This document shows positions 1 through 9,382 of a stretch of 26,665 nt of DNA, piece after piece (the first letter of the stretch is position 1; every line of letters begins with the position of its first letter). The position numbers were made by a program, and so were the translations under genes. The stretch comes from a virus (taxonomy: Duplodnaviria > Caudoviricetes). The notes below the pieces were generated by a model. It saw only the letters and a program-made list of their open reading frames with translations. It was not told where the DNA came from and made no database searches. Location of the stretch: IMG/VR virus record IMGVR_UViG_3300012665_000163, positions 1 to 26,665 of that record. One strand, given 5' to 3'.

Positions 1-1
1 A

Positions 2-40
2 GACGGATCGTGGAAACAAACTGGTGGTAATTGGGATTAA
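2..40 (+). CDS. 3' end of a truncated upstream gene (…DGSWKQTGGNWD*), probably a virion/tail protein
   Basis: Frame 2 is open from the window start to TAA 38-40, which overlaps the TAA of the convergent gene (37-39). The W-rich C-terminus resembles fibre-protein ends. Only 12 codons are visible. Confidence 0.4.
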   Translation, partial: DGSWKQTGGNWD

Positions 41-627
41 CGAATACCCTGCTCTTTGAGCTTAACACAAGTATCGCACTTTCCACAAGGTGCGATATTT
101 TTTTCTGTATACACTGGCTTGCGACAGCTCCAAAACATATTCTTTAATGTGTCTGGCAAGCTGTCATGTATCTCACGCTTGGTCAAGTCAAGTACAGGGT
201 AAATCTTACCCACACTAGTAAATGCTGACAGAATAGCATCAGCTCGCTTGCGACGGTCTTCAAGTGCTATGTTATAATCATTAGCCTGCATACCCATAGC
301 AACTTTAACAATGTTAGGATTAACACTACAAATATATCCAGCAAAGAAGTTAATGCTGTCAGTGTCGTACATAAAATTTCCGTTGTATGGCTGTGATCCT
401 ATTTCGCTTTCGCTGTAGACGAAACTAAAACCCAAGTGTTCAAGTTCTTTTAATGCCATATCAACGGCAATTTTTTCAGCCTTGGCTCTGTGCTCCACAT
501 TGTGATTGTGGATGTGATGTATATGGATAACATAATCCTTGTATTTAGGATCTGTTAAGAGTTTGTATATCATGCCCAGGCTGTCTAAGCCGCCCGAGTA
601 CATGGCTAGGATTATTTGTTGTTCCAT
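37..627 (-). CDS. QueC-like PP-loop ATPase (7-cyano-7-deazaguanine synthase-like)
   Basis: N-terminal PP-loop SGGLDS and C-terminal Zn cluster WSC…PCGKCDTC, both typical of the QueC family. It is short (196 aa) and no clear VPxRN motif is present. Confidence 0.75.
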   Translation of the reverse strand: MEQQIILAMYSGGLDSLGMIYKLLTDPKYKDYVIHIHHIHNHNVEHRAKAEKIAVDMALKELEHLGFSFVYSESEIGSQPYNGNFMYDTDSINFFAGYICSVNPNIVKVAMGMQANDYNIALEDRRKRADAILSAFTSVGKIYPVLDLTKREIHDSLPDTLKNMFWSCRKPVYTEKNIAPCGKCDTCVKLKEQGIR

Positions 628-1064
628 ATGTAAAATGTATAAACCTCGTTGATAGGGTGTTCTTCCGGTTGTGGTGTTAATTCCTCAGCACGAGGAAAAT
701 ACACAGCATATTTTGTGGGCCAGTTGGGATTTAGGAAAGCACGGGCAACAAATCTATCACAATGTTTGAGTATAATGGGCAACAAGCGTTCTGTAAACTC
801 TTTGCCAAATGCTAATGCACCGTCTACAATAATCGTGTCCCAATGCTGGTCTAGACTAAACCAGTCTTGATTTTTAATCTTAGAATCTTCGTACTTAGGT
901 TCTAAATCCCAGGCTTCTGTACACAAGGGCAACAGCAATTTAGTGCTGCCTAGCAGTAGTACACGGCTTGTACAGTAATGCTCAAATACACGATAATCGT
1001 CCAGGTTAGGGGCCGCTGGCCACTTTAAACTAGTCCAAAATTCTTTGTCGTTGTGTATTTGCAT
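612..1064 (-). CDS. Hypothetical protein, possible degenerate class I SAM-methyltransferase fold
   Basis: 150-aa ORF overlapping the queC-like start by 16 nt. RVLLLGST…AWDL…WDTIIVDGAL loosely resembles Rossmann methyltransferase strands. Confidence 0.55.
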   Translation of the reverse strand: MQIHNDKEFWTSLKWPAAPNLDDYRVFEHYCTSRVLLLGSTKLLLPLCTEAWDLEPKYEDSKIKNQDWFSLDQHWDTIIVDGALAFGKEFTERLLPIILKHCDRFVARAFLNPNWPTKYAVYFPRAEELTPQPEEHPINEVYTFYIWNNK

Positions 1065-1071
1065 CGTAGTC

Positions 1072-1098
1072 TATTTAACGATAAATATTAGGTAAATA
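1072..1098. promoter_or_regulatory. Divergent late-type promoters: GTTAAATA (- strand, 1072-1079), GATAAATA (+, 1080-1087) and GGTAAATA (+, 1091-1098)
   Basis: Back-to-back TAAATA cores in the 52-nt gap between divergent genes. The same motif recurs ahead of many genes and resembles the T4 late promoter TATAAATA. Confidence 0.6.
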
Positions 1099-1116
1099 TA
1101 CAAAAGAGAACAGCAT

Positions 1117-1638
1117 ATGGCATTCACAATACCTACGGAACTACAGTTAAACTTAGGGTCTTACCCTAATGACGGTACGGGTGACGATTTATATACCGCT
1201 TTTAGAAAAGTAAGAGATACTTTTACACTAATAAACAGCGAACTAGACGACACTAGCGGTACTAACTTAGGCGCAGGTGCAGCCATTTTTGCTGGTAAAT
1301 CTGGTAATAATTTAACATTTAAAACCATAACTGGCACAGGTGTAACAGTTACGCAGACTGCAAATACAGTAAATCTATCAGCGTTGACTAACTTACAAGC
1401 TGATACAAACCCTGTACTAGGTGGCAATTTAAATTTAAATTCAAGAAATATTACAGGCACTGGTAACATTACAATTACTGGTGCTATCACAGTTAGCAAC
1501 GTAAACGCACTAGTTTACGGTATCGATATAAGACAACTACAAGATCAAGTAAATGCAGGCGGTGGTGGTGCTGATGTTGATTTTGGGTCATTCGAAACCC
1601 CAGCACCGGGCGATCAAGACTTTGGCAGCTTCGTTTAA
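1117..1638 (+). CDS. Virion structural protein with T4 gp9/gp10-like N-terminal baseplate motif
   Basis: NLGSYPNDGTGDDLYTAFRKV matches the NxGxxxNDGTGDxLxxAFxK motif. The body is Gly/Thr/Asn-rich and includes PVLGGNLNLN. Confidence 0.7.
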   Translation: MAFTIPTELQLNLGSYPNDGTGDDLYTAFRKVRDTFTLINSELDDTSGTNLGAGAAIFAGKSGNNLTFKTITGTGVTVTQTANTVNLSALTNLQADTNPVLGGNLNLNSRNITGTGNITITGAITVSNVNALVYGIDIRQLQDQVNAGGGGADVDFGSFETPAPGDQDFGSFV

Positions 1639-1656
1639 AGAATTCAGGAGATATAA

Positions 1657-4152
1657 ATGGCATTACGACTAAGAAGAGGAACAAACGCACAGAGACAGAC
1701 TATAACACCTGTCGAAGGCGAATTGTTGTTCACTACTGACACACAACAATTATATGTTGGTGCAATCAATCCAGGCACAGGATTACCGTACCCCGGTGGC
1801 ATAGGTGTTAGCTCTCCTGTAACAAGTGTAAACGGAAAAACAGGTCCTGTACAATTAGTAAGCAGTGATTTGTCAGAAGGTGTTACTAATTTGTTCTACC
1901 AAGACGAAAGAGCACAAGATGCAGCGGCTGCACTATTTTTAGGATCCACTGGTACAAACGGTAACCTAACAGTTGGCTCTGACAACTCTGTACACAGTAA
2001 TATTACATTTACCTACAACGATACAACTGGCAGATTGTCAGCATCAGTAGGCGCTACATTTACTGCCGAAGATGCTGTTGATGCTGTAGGTGCTGCCTTG
2101 GTTGCGGGTACACATACTGGTATTACATTTACATATGGATCAACACAAGACACAGCAAATCGTATTGATGCTACAGTAACGGCCGCTTCAAATTCGTTTA
2201 CTAACATTATGGTAACGCCCGGCATTACTACTATCATTACAGAACCAGGCAGTGGATACATTGGTATCCCAGCTATAACAGTAACAGCGCCACCATCCGG
2301 TGGAGTACAGGCAGTTATTGAGCCAACAATGACCGGTTCAAGTCTAGCGTACATTATACCATCGGTTGCGGGCACAGGCTATTCTCAAGGTGTTATAGCA
2401 ACTGCAACAGCCGCGGGAGCTAGTGTTGCACTTGCGACTGCAATTGTGGATACTGGAACTGGTGCTATTACCGGATTTACCTTAACCTCTGCAGGACTTG
2501 GCTTTGTTGAGGCACCTACTGTTACCATTGTAAAACCCAGTGCCGCAACTGCTACATATATTTCAGGTGGCCTACTAACAACAATAGTCGTTGGACCAAA
2601 CAGCGGAATTACAAATACAATTTATGCGGGCATGGCTGTGTCCGGTACTGGATATACCGCAGGACAAAAAGTTCTTACAGTAACCGCAGGTGCTACAAAT
2701 ACCACTATAACTTTATCAGCAGGTGCATCAAGCCCCCCTTCAGGTACACTAACATTTACCGATGTAGGTGTAGATGCTACTGCACTTGCAGGAATTATCG
2801 AAACTTCGATATTAGAACTAACAGTCACTGACCAAGGAAGCGGTTATATTGCAACGCCAACTATAACTATTGCTCAACCTCCTGCATTTACATTTGACGG
2901 TGCTAGTGATGTTAACGTATCAGCCAATACTATTACATTAACAAATCATCCGTTTATTACAGGAGCACAAGTTACTTACTCAAATGGTGGAGGCACTAGT
3001 GTAGTAGCAAGCGGACTGACTAGCGGTAGTAATGTTTATGTAATTAAAGTTGACCAAAATACCATTAAACTAGCAACAAGTATTTTTAATGCGCAGAACT
3101 TAACTGCAATAGATATTACTTCAGCTGGTAGCGGAGCCGCCCATACATTCAGAGGTATACGAGCTACTGCAACTGCTAGACTATCACAAGATGTTGTTGC
3201 AGATAGCGCAACAGACACACTAACATTAGTTGCAGGAACTAATATTAACTTAGCTACTTCCCCACTAGGTGATGCAGTAGTTATTAGTGCAAATGCAATG
3301 GGTCGTGTAAACTTTGGACCTGTTGGTACTATACCGTTTTATAACGGAACTGGAACAACATTATCTTCAATGGGTTCTATTTTAAGGTACATGCCCGCTA
3401 CGCCAGATAGTCCAAATAGTAGTGCTATTGATATTTTTGGTAAGTTGGAATTTAGTAATTCATTTCCTAAGATCTACTCAACTGCTAGTACACTAACCAT
3501 TGCATCGAAAGCATCAGGCGGATTTGTTGAAATCGGTGATAGAGATTACTCGGGTAGGCTTGGTGTTATATCTAACACATATATTACAAACAACGGTGCT
3601 CAGTTTAAGATTCAGCAAGCACATGATACAGTTGATGCTAGTAATACTAGTTTTATTAGAGCTCGAGGCACTATTGATGCTCCGACTATTAATTTGTCAG
3701 GCGACAAATCAGGTGACGTTGTTTTTCAGGCATATGACGGAACAAACTATATTACCCATGCGGCATTTAGTGCAGTAGTTGATGGTACGTTTACTGGTAA
3801 CTCTAGTAAAATGCCAGGTAGACTCGACTTCTATACTAGAAGTGCAACTGATACAGTAACCGGACTAGTACTACGTTTGTCAGGTGATAAGACTGCTACA
3901 TTTACTTCTACAGTAACAGCAACAGGATTTATTTCTAACGGTACTGGAACTCCAAGCGTAGCATCAGCTACTAACTTAGATTTATCGGCAGCGGCAGCAG
4001 TTAGAGTTATCGGTGGAGGTACATTTAGATTACCACAGCTGACTACAACTGCTAGAGATTTGCTTACAGCGGCAAATGGTGATTTAATTTATAACACTAC
4101 TGATAACAAAATTCAAGGCTACGAAAACGGTGCCTGGGTAAACTTAGTATAA
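1657..4152 (+). CDS. Tail fibre / receptor-binding-type protein with Mtd_N-like N-terminus
   Basis: N-terminus LRLRRGT…PVEGELLFTTDTQQLYVG. Thr/Gly/Ala-rich beta repeats, GSGY…PTITI modules and C-terminal GDLIYNTTDNKIQGY…W. SD AGGAG upstream. Confidence 0.75.
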   Translation: MALRLRRGTNAQRQTITPVEGELLFTTDTQQLYVGAINPGTGLPYPGGIGVSSPVTSVNGKTGPVQLVSSDLSEGVTNLFYQDERAQDAAAALFLGSTGTNGNLTVGSDNSVHSNITFTYNDTTGRLSASVGATFTAEDAVDAVGAALVAGTHTGITFTYGSTQDTANRIDATVTAASNSFTNIMVTPGITTIITEPGSGYIGIPAITVTAPPSGGVQAVIEPTMTGSSLAYIIPSVAGTGYSQGVIATATAAGASVALATAIVDTGTGAITGFTLTSAGLGFVEAPTVTIVKPSAATATYISGGLLTTIVVGPNSGITNTIYAGMAVSGTGYTAGQKVLTVTAGATNTTITLSAGASSPPSGTLTFTDVGVDATALAGIIETSILELTVTDQGSGYIATPTITIAQPPAFTFDGASDVNVSANTITLTNHPFITGAQVTYSNGGGTSVVASGLTSGSNVYVIKVDQNTIKLATSIFNAQNLTAIDITSAGSGAAHTFRGIRATATARLSQDVVADSATDTLTLVAGTNINLATSPLGDAVVISANAMGRVNFGPVGTIPFYNGTGTTLSSMGSILRYMPATPDSPNSSAIDIFGKLEFSNSFPKIYSTASTLTIASKASGGFVEIGDRDYSGRLGVISNTYITNNGAQFKIQQAHDTVDASNTSFIRARGTIDAPTINLSGDKSGDVVFQAYDGTNYITHAAFSAVVDGTFTGNSSKMPGRLDFYTRSATDTVTGLVLRLSGDKTATFTSTVTATGFISNGTGTPSVASATNLDLSAAAAVRVIGGGTFRLPQLTTTARDLLTAANGDLIYNTTDNKIQGYENGAWVNLV

Positions 4153-4153
4153 T

Positions 4154-5698
4154 ATGAAAGAATATATTGTTAGTTTAAAAGAAGGGGTCGATTACGATGC
4201 TTTCTGGAACGAAATAGAAACTGCTAGCGATACTGATTCGTTTGTTCCAGGACGTAGTGTAGCAATTGTCAACGAGCGTCCCGGTAGCCTAAGAAGTTGT
4301 CATTATGAAATGACTGATGCTGAGGCTGACACTCTTAGACAAGACAGTAGAATTTACTCTGTAGAAATTCCTCCGCAACAGCGTAGTGATATTGAAATTG
4401 GGTTACATGCCGCACAATTTAGTATTTTTGATAAATCCGGAAGTATTCTCAGTAATGCAATAGTCAACTGGGGATTGCTACGCGGTAACGACCCGGCAAA
4501 TTTGTTTGGGCTTAATACCCAACTCACCGGCTCGTATAATTATTGTTTAGATGGTACTGGAGTAGATGTTGTAATACAAGATAGCGGTCTACAAGTTGAC
4601 CATCCTGAATTCCAAGATACCGCAGGTAATACTAGAGTTCAGCAGATCAACTGGTATACTGCCAGTGGACTAACTGGAACACAATCAGCTAATCATTATA
4701 GAGATTTAAACGGCCACGGAACTCACTGCGCAGGCATTGCTGCCGGTAAGACCTATGGCTGGGCTAAAAACTCAAAAATATATTCTGTAAAAATAAATGG
4801 ATTAGAGGGTGGTGGAGATTTTGGTACTGGCATTAGCGTCACTGATTGTTTTGATGTTATTAAACTGTGGCATCGTAATAAGCCTATTGATCCTGCAACT
4901 GGTCAAAAAAGACCTACTGTTGTAAACATGAGTTGGGGGTACGGTACTACATTCAGTGGTGTTACTGGCGGAAACTATAGAGGCACTGCCTGGACAGGTA
5001 GTACTAAACGTACTGACTACGGGATGGTTGGTCGTCCAGGAGATGGCCGATTTGGTGTTCGAGTAGGCAGCGTGGATGCTGACATGGAAGAACTGCTCGC
5101 CGAAGGTGTAATAGTTTGTGTGGCGGCTGGCAACTACTATCAAAAGATAGATATAGTCGGTGGACTTGATTATGACAACTATTTTAATAGCAATGTGTAT
5201 TATAATAGGGGAAGTAGTCCAATGGCTGCTGAAGCAATTATTGTAGGTAACATCGGTAATGCTATCAACACTGGCAAAGAAGTTAAGAGCAGTTCAAGTG
5301 AATCTGGACCACGGGTTGACATTTATGCTCCCGGTACTAACATTATGAGTACGTGCTCTACATCAAACGAATTTGGCGGTTATGTAACTACCTATCCTAA
5401 TAATACTAATTTTAAGATTATGAACATTAGTGGAACTAGCATGGCTAGTCCACAAGTTGCAGGTGTAAGTGCATTGCTATTACAAGTATACCCACATGCA
5501 ACTCCTGCACAAATTAGACAAATGATCAAAGATACGTCAGTTGCAGATATGGTCTATAGCACAGGGTTAGATGATGATTACACTAACGCTTCGAGTATCA
5601 AGGGCAGTCCTAATAGAACACTTCTTAGCAAATTTAACACAGGAACTTCTGTTACAACTTCAGGACCAATTTCATTTAATAACACCGGTGTGCGTTAA
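4154..5698 (+). CDS. Subtilisin-family (S8) serine protease
   Basis: Catalytic triad motifs IQDSG, NGHGTHCAGIAAG and SGTSMASPQVAG, oxyanion AAGN, and an I9-like prodomain (KEYIVSLKEG). Confidence 0.93.
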   Translation: MKEYIVSLKEGVDYDAFWNEIETASDTDSFVPGRSVAIVNERPGSLRSCHYEMTDAEADTLRQDSRIYSVEIPPQQRSDIEIGLHAAQFSIFDKSGSILSNAIVNWGLLRGNDPANLFGLNTQLTGSYNYCLDGTGVDVVIQDSGLQVDHPEFQDTAGNTRVQQINWYTASGLTGTQSANHYRDLNGHGTHCAGIAAGKTYGWAKNSKIYSVKINGLEGGGDFGTGISVTDCFDVIKLWHRNKPIDPATGQKRPTVVNMSWGYGTTFSGVTGGNYRGTAWTGSTKRTDYGMVGRPGDGRFGVRVGSVDADMEELLAEGVIVCVAAGNYYQKIDIVGGLDYDNYFNSNVYYNRGSSPMAAEAIIVGNIGNAINTGKEVKSSSSESGPRVDIYAPGTNIMSTCSTSNEFGGYVTTYPNNTNFKIMNISGTSMASPQVAGVSALLLQVYPHATPAQIRQMIKDTSVADMVYSTGLDDDYTNASSIKGSPNRTLLSKFNTGTSVTTSGPISFNNTGVR

Positions 5699-5716
5699 AC
5701 TGCCGCCCGTTATTAC

Positions 5717-5724
5717 AATAAATA
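5717..5724 (+). promoter_or_regulatory. Late-type promoter motif AATAAATA
   Basis: Intergenic, 17 nt before ATG 5742, flanked by a 6-bp inverted repeat CCCGTT (5706-5711) / AACGGG (5730-5735). Confidence 0.55.
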
Positions 5725-5741
5725 CATAAAACGGGATACGT

Positions 5742-8591
5742 ATGGCATTAAATGTATGGTTAGAATCGTCAGGCTACAGTTTTGGAACTTTTGAAGAAAG
5801 GCTCCAAATTTCACTTCAATTGCCTGTTTCACCTACACCGATCCCTGGAATAACTTACTCTGTAATATCAGGTGCGTTGCCCCCTGGACTTAGGATTGAA
5901 AATAGCTATATCATCGGAACTCCAGGTGAAGTTGCAAGAGATACAACATATTCGTTCTGTGTAAGAGCAAAATTAAACAACGAAATTGCTGATAGAACTT
6001 TTAAAATTACAGTTCAAGGTCCCGATACTCCTAGGTTTATTACTGCTGCCGGTACATTAAAAATTGGAGAAAACGAACAACTATATGTGCTAGATAGTTC
6101 GTTTGTCAATTTCCAAATCGGTGCTATAGACACTGATACAGTTACAGGGCAAACGCTTAGTTACTTTATTGCCAGCGACGAAGGAGAACTACCTCCGGGA
6201 CTGATACTTACGTTAGACGGCCGCATCACTGGATTTGTGCAACCTGTATTATCAATTAAAGTTGCAGACGGTGACGGTAGTTACGATAATACATACTACG
6301 ACAACGTAGCTTTTGACTTCGGTTATAGGCCAACAAACGGTTACGATAGCTATATCTACGATCTAGTTTACTTTGACTTTAGCTTGCCTAGTAAAGCTCC
6401 TAAAAAATTAAATCGTAACTACGAATTTATTGTTACCATATCAGACGGTGACAGTGTTGCAAAGCGAAAGTTTAAAATATTTGTAGTTGGCGATGATTAC
6501 TTCCGTGCTGACAACGTAGGGTTCCCTGTAAACTCAGGATTGTTTACTGCTGATGTTCAGTACTTACGAGCACCTATTTGGACAACTCCTGCGAACCTTG
6601 GTACACGCAGAGCTAATAATTATGTGTCGTTTATTTTAGACACGTTTGATGCAGTTACCGCTGGCATTATTGTTTATAGCATGACTGAAGAGGAAATTGC
6701 AAAACTACCCCCAGGCATGCAATTTGATCCAACTACTTCAGAAGTATTTGGAACAGTTCCTTATCAACCAGCGGTTACAGAAACATATAGCTGGACTATT
6801 GTTGCTACACGCTACGGAACAAACGATGATGTAGTTGTTACCGAAAGAACATTCTACGTAGATATTATTGGAGAGATTGATAGTGTAGTTAGTTGGCAAA
6901 CACCTACTGATTTAGGTTCTATTGATGCTAACTTCATTTCAACTTTAAAAATTGAAGCAACTAGTACTGTTCAAGATGCAGTAGTAGTTTATACATTACA
7001 AACAAAATCGTTACCAGTTACTGTTGGGATAAACCCGGCAACCTCCAGTGTTCGAGTTACAGGTGCTGTAGATACTGATTTCAATAAGACTCTAACAGTT
7101 ACTGGACAACTAAACGAAAAAAATAGATATGTAAACGGCACCGCAACTATTTCATGGAACGGCTTTATATGGACGTATCGAATTATAGGAAAGAACGCAT
7201 ACTATAAGTCGGTGCAAGATGTTGAGTTTCCGTGGCAAATTGTTGAGTGGACTGCGGAATTAGGTGCAGACGAACTTATTCCTACATTTACACAAATTGG
7301 CGGATTAGCTAATAATGGGTCTGTTGCCACTTTAACATTCCCTGAACAGTTTGAAGTTCCGTATAAAATTGGTTCTATGATTGCAGTTACTGGCATGAGT
7401 GTGCCAGCATACAACGGAACATACTCAGTGTTAGCATGTACTACTACTTCAGTATCTTATAGAAACACTAGTAGGTTGCCAGCAGTATCTGGAACAGTCA
7501 GTGTCAGCAATGGCGGATTTCCTCCGGGACTTATTTTAGACCTCGGTGGAGAAGTTGTAGGAAAAGTAAATCAATACGGAGAAGCTGGTAATCCAGGGTT
7601 GATCACATTTGACTCAAATGATTTTAGTTTAGATGGAAGCGAAACTACTATTGATAGATCGTTTACGTTTACAGTTAAAGCTAGAGATCAGTTCGGATTT
7701 AGTGCAAGTACAAAAACTTTTACAGTTAGTGTTAGTACACCTAACAATAAGTTATACAGTAATATTTCAATTAAACCGTTATTAAAATTAGATCAAAGAA
7801 CAGTATGGAAAAACTTTATTACTGATAGTACAGTTTTTACTCCTGCAAGCATTTACAGACCTAACGATACAAACTTTGGTGTACAACGAGATTTAAAAGT
7901 TTTAATATATGCAGGCGTAGAAACAACTGAATCTGCAGCCTATATCGGTGCTATGGGATTAAATCACAAACGTAAGACTTTACAGTTTGGGGAAATTACG
8001 AAAGCAGTTGCAGTATTACCCGGAACAAATACACAAGTATACGAAGTAGTGTATGTTAAAATGATAGACCCACTAGAGCCTAACGGCAGAGTATTACCTC
8101 AAAAACTAGTATCACTAGGCAAACAAAATACAGTAGTTACTATCGATAATGTATTAAATTTCTGGGATGGTAAGGAAGATTTAAACAGTCTAAATGAAGA
8201 CCGTTCTTACAAAGAACGCCCAGATCCAATTATCAGTGCAGATAGCAAAGGCTATCTGATAAGTGATCCTCGACCTGCAACTTACTTCCCTAATAGCATT
8301 ACCAACTGGAAACGAAGATTAAAAGACGTAGGATCAACAGAACGTAACTACTTACCGCTGTGGATGCGAAGTATACAACCGGGCGGTAAGCAAGAACTTG
8401 ATTTCCAGCTAGCTCTTCCAATTTGCTATTGCAAGTTAGGGGCGGCGGATGACATTATTTTAAACATAAAATACAGCGGTTTTGACTTCAAAACCTTAGA
8501 ATATACCGTAGACAGATACATAATAGATTCTGTCGAGGGCTACACACGAGATAAATATCTTGTATTCAGAAATGATAGGATAACCATATGA
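5742..8591 (+). CDS. Large virion protein with repeated putative-Ig (He_PIG-like) domains
   Basis: Four [LF]PPG[LM] repeats (SGALPPGL, GELPPGL, KLPPGM, GGFPPGL), each followed by G.I.G/V.G and a Y.F.V strand. Located in the structural module. Confidence 0.75.
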   Translation: MALNVWLESSGYSFGTFEERLQISLQLPVSPTPIPGITYSVISGALPPGLRIENSYIIGTPGEVARDTTYSFCVRAKLNNEIADRTFKITVQGPDTPRFITAAGTLKIGENEQLYVLDSSFVNFQIGAIDTDTVTGQTLSYFIASDEGELPPGLILTLDGRITGFVQPVLSIKVADGDGSYDNTYYDNVAFDFGYRPTNGYDSYIYDLVYFDFSLPSKAPKKLNRNYEFIVTISDGDSVAKRKFKIFVVGDDYFRADNVGFPVNSGLFTADVQYLRAPIWTTPANLGTRRANNYVSFILDTFDAVTAGIIVYSMTEEEIAKLPPGMQFDPTTSEVFGTVPYQPAVTETYSWTIVATRYGTNDDVVVTERTFYVDIIGEIDSVVSWQTPTDLGSIDANFISTLKIEATSTVQDAVVVYTLQTKSLPVTVGINPATSSVRVTGAVDTDFNKTLTVTGQLNEKNRYVNGTATISWNGFIWTYRIIGKNAYYKSVQDVEFPWQIVEWTAELGADELIPTFTQIGGLANNGSVATLTFPEQFEVPYKIGSMIAVTGMSVPAYNGTYSVLACTTTSVSYRNTSRLPAVSGTVSVSNGGFPPGLILDLGGEVVGKVNQYGEAGNPGLITFDSNDFSLDGSETTIDRSFTFTVKARDQFGFSASTKTFTVSVSTPNNKLYSNISIKPLLKLDQRTVWKNFITDSTVFTPASIYRPNDTNFGVQRDLKVLIYAGVETTESAAYIGAMGLNHKRKTLQFGEITKAVAVLPGTNTQVYEVVYVKMIDPLEPNGRVLPQKLVSLGKQNTVVTIDNVLNFWDGKEDLNSLNEDRSYKERPDPIISADSKGYLISDPRPATYFPNSITNWKRRLKDVGSTERNYLPLWMRSIQPGGKQELDFQLALPICYCKLGAADDIILNIKYSGFDFKTLEYTVDRYIIDSVEGYTRDKYLVFRNDRITI
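8550..8557 (+). promoter_or_regulatory. Late-type promoter motif GATAAATA inside the 3' end of the upstream CDS
   Basis: Exact motif 30 nt upstream of ATG 8588. Confidence 0.5.
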
Positions 8592-9142
8592 GCACTTTAA
8601 ATTACGCAGCGATTGACGAAACTTACCCGGTAGCGGGCCAAGATAATAACAGCCAGGGTTTTAGAGGTAATTTTGCCGCTATTAAAAATGCTGTTGCGCA
8701 AGCTGAAACAGATATTACTGCATTAGAAACTAATGCGGCTAAAAAGAACGCCAGTAACGATTTCAACGGAAATACTGTTAGCAATGCAACATACAATAAA
8801 TTTTATGGTGCAACATATGCGCTGGGCATCATTAGCACACCGCAAGATATAAACTTGAATAACGGTCCCCTGCAATATGTTACATTTGCGGCTGATACAA
8901 CTATTACATTTACAAACTGGCCACTAACTGGCAAGTATGCTCTTGTACGTGTACACCTAATCGGTGACGGTAACGCTATCCGTACACCAACTCTTGCTAC
9001 AGCAGGCGGCGGATCATTTGCATATGAAACTGGATATCCTAACCCACTAACATTGCCGCTTAATGGTAAAAACAAAGTTATCGAAGCGTGGACATATAAC
9101 GGTGGCGCAAAAGTGTTTGTGAAGTATATCGGCGAATTCTAA
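8588..9142 (+). CDS. Probable virion structural protein
   Basis: ATGA overlap with the previous gene. YPVAGQDNNSQGFRGNF followed by a short coiled coil and a beta-rich C-terminus. Confidence 0.6.
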   Translation: MSTLNYAAIDETYPVAGQDNNSQGFRGNFAAIKNAVAQAETDITALETNAAKKNASNDFNGNTVSNATYNKFYGATYALGIISTPQDINLNNGPLQYVTFAADTTITFTNWPLTGKYALVRVHLIGDGNAIRTPTLATAGGGSFAYETGYPNPLTLPLNGKNKVIEAWTYNGGAKVFVKYIGEF

Positions 9143-9372
9143 TGCATCCATTAGCAGTTGATTGCTCTGGTTTAAAGGACAACGAGGTCGAGTCTAAAAT
9201 ACAAGACTTGACCCGTAAGTACTTTATATCACGCAATCCAGAAGTTCAGCGCCAAATCGTCACATTGCTTGATTATTATAAACAAGAAATGGCTGCTCGA
9301 CAGGCCAAGATGTGGCAAAATCAATTTGAAAATCGCAATAAAGATCTTGACAAACTGATCAAAGTCAATTAA
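9142..9372 (+). CDS. Hypothetical helical protein (76 aa)
   Basis: TAATG stop/start coupling with the previous gene; plausible protein composition. Confidence 0.65.
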   Translation: MHPLAVDCSGLKDNEVESKIQDLTRKYFISRNPEVQRQIVTLLDYYKQEMAARQAKMWQNQFENRNKDLDKLIKVN

Positions 9373-9375
9373 AAT
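9347..9375 (+). promoter_or_regulatory. Sigma70-like promoter TTGACA-N17-TAAAAT for the dnaE-like gene (probably leaderless)
   Basis: TTGACA 9347-9352, TAAAAT 9370-9375, ATG 7 nt later at 9383. Confidence 0.7.
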
Positions 9376-9382
9376 ATAGGCT

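Noticed and set aside
1657-1770. Mtd_N-like start suggesting a diversity-generating retroelement target
   Set aside because: This N-terminal domain is common in fibres. No C-terminal variable repeat, template repeat or RT was seen.
9347-9368. TTGAC-N12-GTCAA inverted repeat over the dnaE-like promoter (possible operator)
   Set aside because: Arms are only 5 bp, it lies within coding sequence, and no second copy was noticed, so chance cannot be excluded.
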